A DNA stretch of 64,000 bases. It comes from Phycisphaerales bacterium (lineage in GTDB: Bacteria; Planctomycetota; Phycisphaerae; Phycisphaerales; SM1A02). The stretch lies in contig DAOMNO010000012.1 in the NCBI GenBank assembly GCA_035443885.1, forward strand, positions 815-64,814, written 5' to 3'. This document shows, in pieces, positions 61,193 to 64,000 of this stretch. The notes under the pieces were generated by a model. It was given only the letters and a program-made list of their open reading frames with translations, was not told where the DNA came from and ran no database searches. Position 1 is the stretch's first letter, and each line of letters opens with the position of its first letter. Both the position numbers and the translations under genes were made by a program.

Positions 61193-62710
61193 ATGACCTG
61201 CGACCTCCTCCATCGCCGTCTGATGCCGCTCGCCCTCGCTGCGATCGGCACCTTTCTTTGTGCCCCTGACACCGCACTCGGCAACGCAGCCACGGAGAAA
61301 GCCGCCTCAACCACCCAAGACCTGCGGCCCAACGTGCCGCCGGACTTCAACGCGCGGCAGAGGGGCCTTGATCCGAACCCGCTGATCGTCGAAGCCCTTG
61401 GCCTCGCCATGCACCCGCCTGCGACCTCGGAAACGACAATCAACCGCATCGAAGGCTCTACATTCGTGTCAATCAATGACGTTTCGGCACGTCCATCCTG
61501 GGGCATAACCGTCCAACTCCTTGCCCCGACTGGAGATGCGAATACGCCGCAGGCTCAGGTCGATCAGCATCTTTCTCAGCTTGCGATCTCCGGCAGGCCG
61601 CATAGGGTCATCCTGAACGAAGCCACGCGCTATGGCGGGGTGGACGGCAGGCTTTTTTATGTTGAAGAGTCCCCGCCGGGTGTCGAGCCACATATCACAG
61701 GCTTCCTCATCCTTCCCCTCGGCGACAGTCTGATGCTGGTGTTCTCCATTCTGGCGTTGCCTTCCGAGCTTCCGTCGCTTCAGGCCACGTTCCGCAACAG
61801 CTTTGAAACCATTCGCCTGCGCAGCGCCGCGGAACTCTCCTTGCAGCGAAGGACTCGCATTGATGCGGGCCGAGACTTCCTCGCTTCCATCACTCCTGAA
61901 CGCCTGCGCCAACTCGTCGGGCTTGAACTCTGGACGAGGCTCTATCGCACTGGCGCCACACCGCGCGACGAAACCGAGATTGGTTACTCCCGACTCGATG
62001 TGCAAGTTGCCAAGCGCGGCGCGCTCAACCCTGAACGTGCCGAGAAAGACTACACGCCCTCGGAAAACATAGAAGGCCTCATGGTGCGGATTCAGGGCCG
62101 CATCATTGGCAATCTCGAACGCGGCGTGTTCTACGACACGCTCGCGATGTATTGGGTCGCATGGGATCAATCGGAAGAAGCATGGACCGTGCGCGGCACA
62201 CAACGGCAGGGCCGCGCGGAGCGAAGCGAAGCAGAAACCGGTGCGAGACTCCCCGCGCGCGATGGCGAGCCGGTTCCCTCACTTACCGTCGTCCATAGTT
62301 CACAAAACATCATGGACGGCGAACGCAGCGAGTGGACTGTGCCTGAGGTGTATCTGTCGCAGGCTCTCAGCCCGCTGCTTGGTCGCCTCCTGCCTCGCGA
62401 CATCAGGGAACCGCGGGAGTATGCGTACTACTACTATCACTCCAGCGACCGCACGCCGCAGCTTTCGCAGCGCATCGACCGCTGGGCGCCGGAGTCGTCC
62501 GGCAACTGGTCGCTGACGACTCGCTTCAGCATGGAAGCCCCGCCGATTACCACGCTGTACTCCTCAAGCGGCCAGTTGATCCGCAGCACTCGTGCAGATG
62601 GCGCGATCGTCGAGCCGATTACACTTGACGCGCTTCGCCGCCTGTGGGAACGCAAGGGACTGCCGATTACCGATCGAGATGATCGCCAACGGGGACGCCA
62701 GCCACGATGA
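61193..62710 (+). CDS. hypothetical secreted protein
   Basis: MTCDLLHRRLMPLALAAIGTFLCAPDTALG is signal-peptide-like. No motif was recognised. The track start at 61142 is a TTG. Confidence 0.5.
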   Translation: MTCDLLHRRLMPLALAAIGTFLCAPDTALGNAATEKAASTTQDLRPNVPPDFNARQRGLDPNPLIVEALGLAMHPPATSETTINRIEGSTFVSINDVSARPSWGITVQLLAPTGDANTPQAQVDQHLSQLAISGRPHRVILNEATRYGGVDGRLFYVEESPPGVEPHITGFLILPLGDSLMLVFSILALPSELPSLQATFRNSFETIRLRSAAELSLQRRTRIDAGRDFLASITPERLRQLVGLELWTRLYRTGATPRDETEIGYSRLDVQVAKRGALNPERAEKDYTPSENIEGLMVRIQGRIIGNLERGVFYDTLAMYWVAWDQSEEAWTVRGTQRQGRAERSEAETGARLPARDGEPVPSLTVVHSSQNIMDGERSEWTVPEVYLSQALSPLLGRLLPRDIREPREYAYYYYHSSDRTPQLSQRIDRWAPESSGNWSLTTRFSMEAPPITTLYSSSGQLIRSTRADGAIVEPITLDALRRLWERKGLPITDRDDRQRGRQPR

Positions 62711-63435
62711 AACACACCCTGCTGCTCTGCTGCCTGATCGGATTTATTTTGATATCGGGCTGTGCTGCGACGACGCTGCCCGAAGCGAGAACGTTCACCA
62801 CGATTGAGACGGTCGAGCCGCAGGAGCCGTTCAAATCGAGCGACATGTTCATCGCTTCGCAGGGAGATTGGCACTACGAAGTCGATGCAGGCGATGCGGG
62901 CAACGGCACGATTGTGCTGCGTCGCGCGCATGATGAAGAATACGATGCGATGTTCTCCGACAATGAAAACGACCGTCGCATTCAATACTGGGTGGTGGAT
63001 AAGGACGGCGCGCTGCTCCTCGCCGCAGTCGTGGAGCATGATGAGCAGGCGGTGAGCATTTTCGATCCGCCGCTGATGATCGCACCGGCCCAGCTTGCAG
63101 CGGGTGAAAGCCGCACTGCGGAATCCAAGATGCGCGTTGTCGATTCCAAGAACCCGCGCCACCAGCGGGAACGCGGCACGGGCGTCAGCACCATCGAATA
63201 CGTTGGCGATGAACGCGTGGATACGCCGCTGGGGGATCTGGTCGCCAAACGATTGAAGACCCGTTTTGAGGCCAAACTCGGCCTTGCCACCGCTGTGCAT
63301 GAAAACACCATCTGGGTCGTTCCCGACATTGGCGTCATTGCAGAAGAATCCACACAGCAGATCACTGCGCTGGGTCTGTTCAACAAGTCCAGCAACCGCC
63401 GCATCGTGCTGATTGAAGCCCCCGCCATCCAGTAA
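62707..63435 (+). CDS. hypothetical lipoprotein
   Basis: [19 protein letters not shown] carries a lipobox. Its start overlaps the upstream stop as ATGA. Confidence 0.55.
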   Translation: MKHTLLLCCLIGFILISGCAATTLPEARTFTTIETVEPQEPFKSSDMFIASQGDWHYEVDAGDAGNGTIVLRRAHDEEYDAMFSDNENDRRIQYWVVDKDGALLLAAVVEHDEQAVSIFDPPLMIAPAQLAAGESRTAESKMRVVDSKNPRHQRERGTGVSTIEYVGDERVDTPLGDLVAKRLKTRFEAKLGLATAVHENTIWVVPDIGVIAEESTQQITALGLFNKSSNRRIVLIEAPAIQ

Positions 63436-63520
63436 ATCGCACGCCGAATCAAGCGAAGACCGCCAGCGTAAAAATCACGGCTCCTGCTATGATTCTCCGT
63501 TCCCATTCATGGAGCATGAG

Positions 63521-64000
63521 ATGACGACGATGACTGCATCAAGCGCCAAAGCCGGTTCGCAGGTCGAGCAGCTTCTCGGAGCGGAAGCCCAGGACCTGCT
63601 CACCTACAAAGCGAAGGTAGACAAATCCGTTCTGCATCTGCCGGGGCCGGATTTCGTTGACCGCGTGTGGGCTGGAAGCGATCGCAACCCGCAAGTGCTG
63701 CGCAACATGCAGGCGATCTACAACCACGGCCGCCTTGCCGGGACGGGTTACGTCTCCATTCTCCCCGTCGATCAGGGCATCGAACACTCCGGCGGCGCGA
63801 GCTTCGCCAAGAACCCCATTTACTTCGACGGGGAGAACATCATCAAGCTGGCGATCGAAGGCGGTTGCAACGCCGTTGCGACGACGTTCGGCGTGCTTGG
63901 CTCCGTCAGCCGCAAATACGCCCACAAGGTTCCGTTCATCGTCAAGATCAACCACAACGAACTGCTGACCTATCCCAATCAGTTCGATCAGATTCTCTTC
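63521..64000 (+). CDS. fbaB: class I fructose-bisphosphate aldolase (FbaB/DhnA type), 5' part (3' end outside the window)
   Basis: Hand translation gives [147 protein letters not shown]. This is colinear with E. coli FbaB ([37 protein letters not shown]...). It is missing from the track because it runs off the window. GGAG lies 6 nt upstream, and an alternative in-frame ATG lies at 63509. Confidence 0.85.
   Translation, partial: MTTMTASSAKAGSQVEQLLGAEAQDLLTYKAKVDKSVLHLPGPDFVDRVWAGSDRNPQVLRNMQAIYNHGRLAGTGYVSILPVDQGIEHSGGASFAKNPIYFDGENIIKLAIEGGCNAVATTFGVLGSVSRKYAHKVPFIVKINHNELLTYPNQFDQILF

Overview
High-GC bacterial chromosome segment. The gene content (H-X9-DG/DUF1559 pseudopilin-like protein, DUF1573 protein, several PEP-CTERM proteins, Cys-flanked dockerin-like repeats, ribosomal proteins with long tails) suggests a Planctomycetota/Phycisphaerae-like organism, but that is inference only. 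Layout: (1) 1-3.5 kb holds the end of a PEP-CTERM gene, a 415-nt non-coding stretch with a duplicated hairpin, a trans-sulfuration PLP enzyme, pgi and a Cys-less FmdB-like ORF. (2) 3.6-14.1 kb, minus strand, is a late flagellar cluster: flgI, rod-binding protein, FlgN-like, flgK, flgL, fliW, csrA and two flagellins. (3) 14.2-18.5 kb holds an FMN reductase, DoxX, a secreted hypothetical, prfB with a programmed +1 frameshift, and a membrane protein with zinc ribbons. (4) 18.5-28.5 kb holds a translationally coupled SNF2 helicase/SWIM pair, tRNA-Lys(UUU), a two-gene unknown/DUF1573 operon, xerC/D-type recombinase and TolB-like plus lipoprotein genes. (5) 28.7-36.4 kb is a cell-surface neighbourhood: FG-GAP/dockerin, DUF1559 pseudopilin-like, duplicated LTD-like/dockerin, PEP-CTERM and a beta-propeller-like protein. 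(6) 36.5-42.1 kb holds an Fe(3+)-type ABC importer, an ATP-grasp protein and pyrE. (7) 42.07-45.47 kb is the most unusual part. It is a tandemly duplicated module of [secreted HAF-repeat protein + double dockerin-like repeat + novel Cys-rich tail] followed by [low-GC PEP-CTERM protein]. The second copy is cut down to a signal-less 137-aa ORF. The first gene carries a (CA)10 tract right after its start codon, which makes it a candidate phase-variation switch. (8) 45.98-60.97 kb is the alpha/spc/S10 ribosomal protein superoperon on the minus strand, including an rpmJ that the ORF track misses. (9) 61.2-64.0 kb holds two unknown secreted/lipoprotein genes and the 5' part of a class I fructose-bisphosphate aldolase. 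No CRISPR array, rRNA, transposase or prophage genes were seen. Many long ORFs in the track are antisense shadows typical of GC-rich DNA and were not called.
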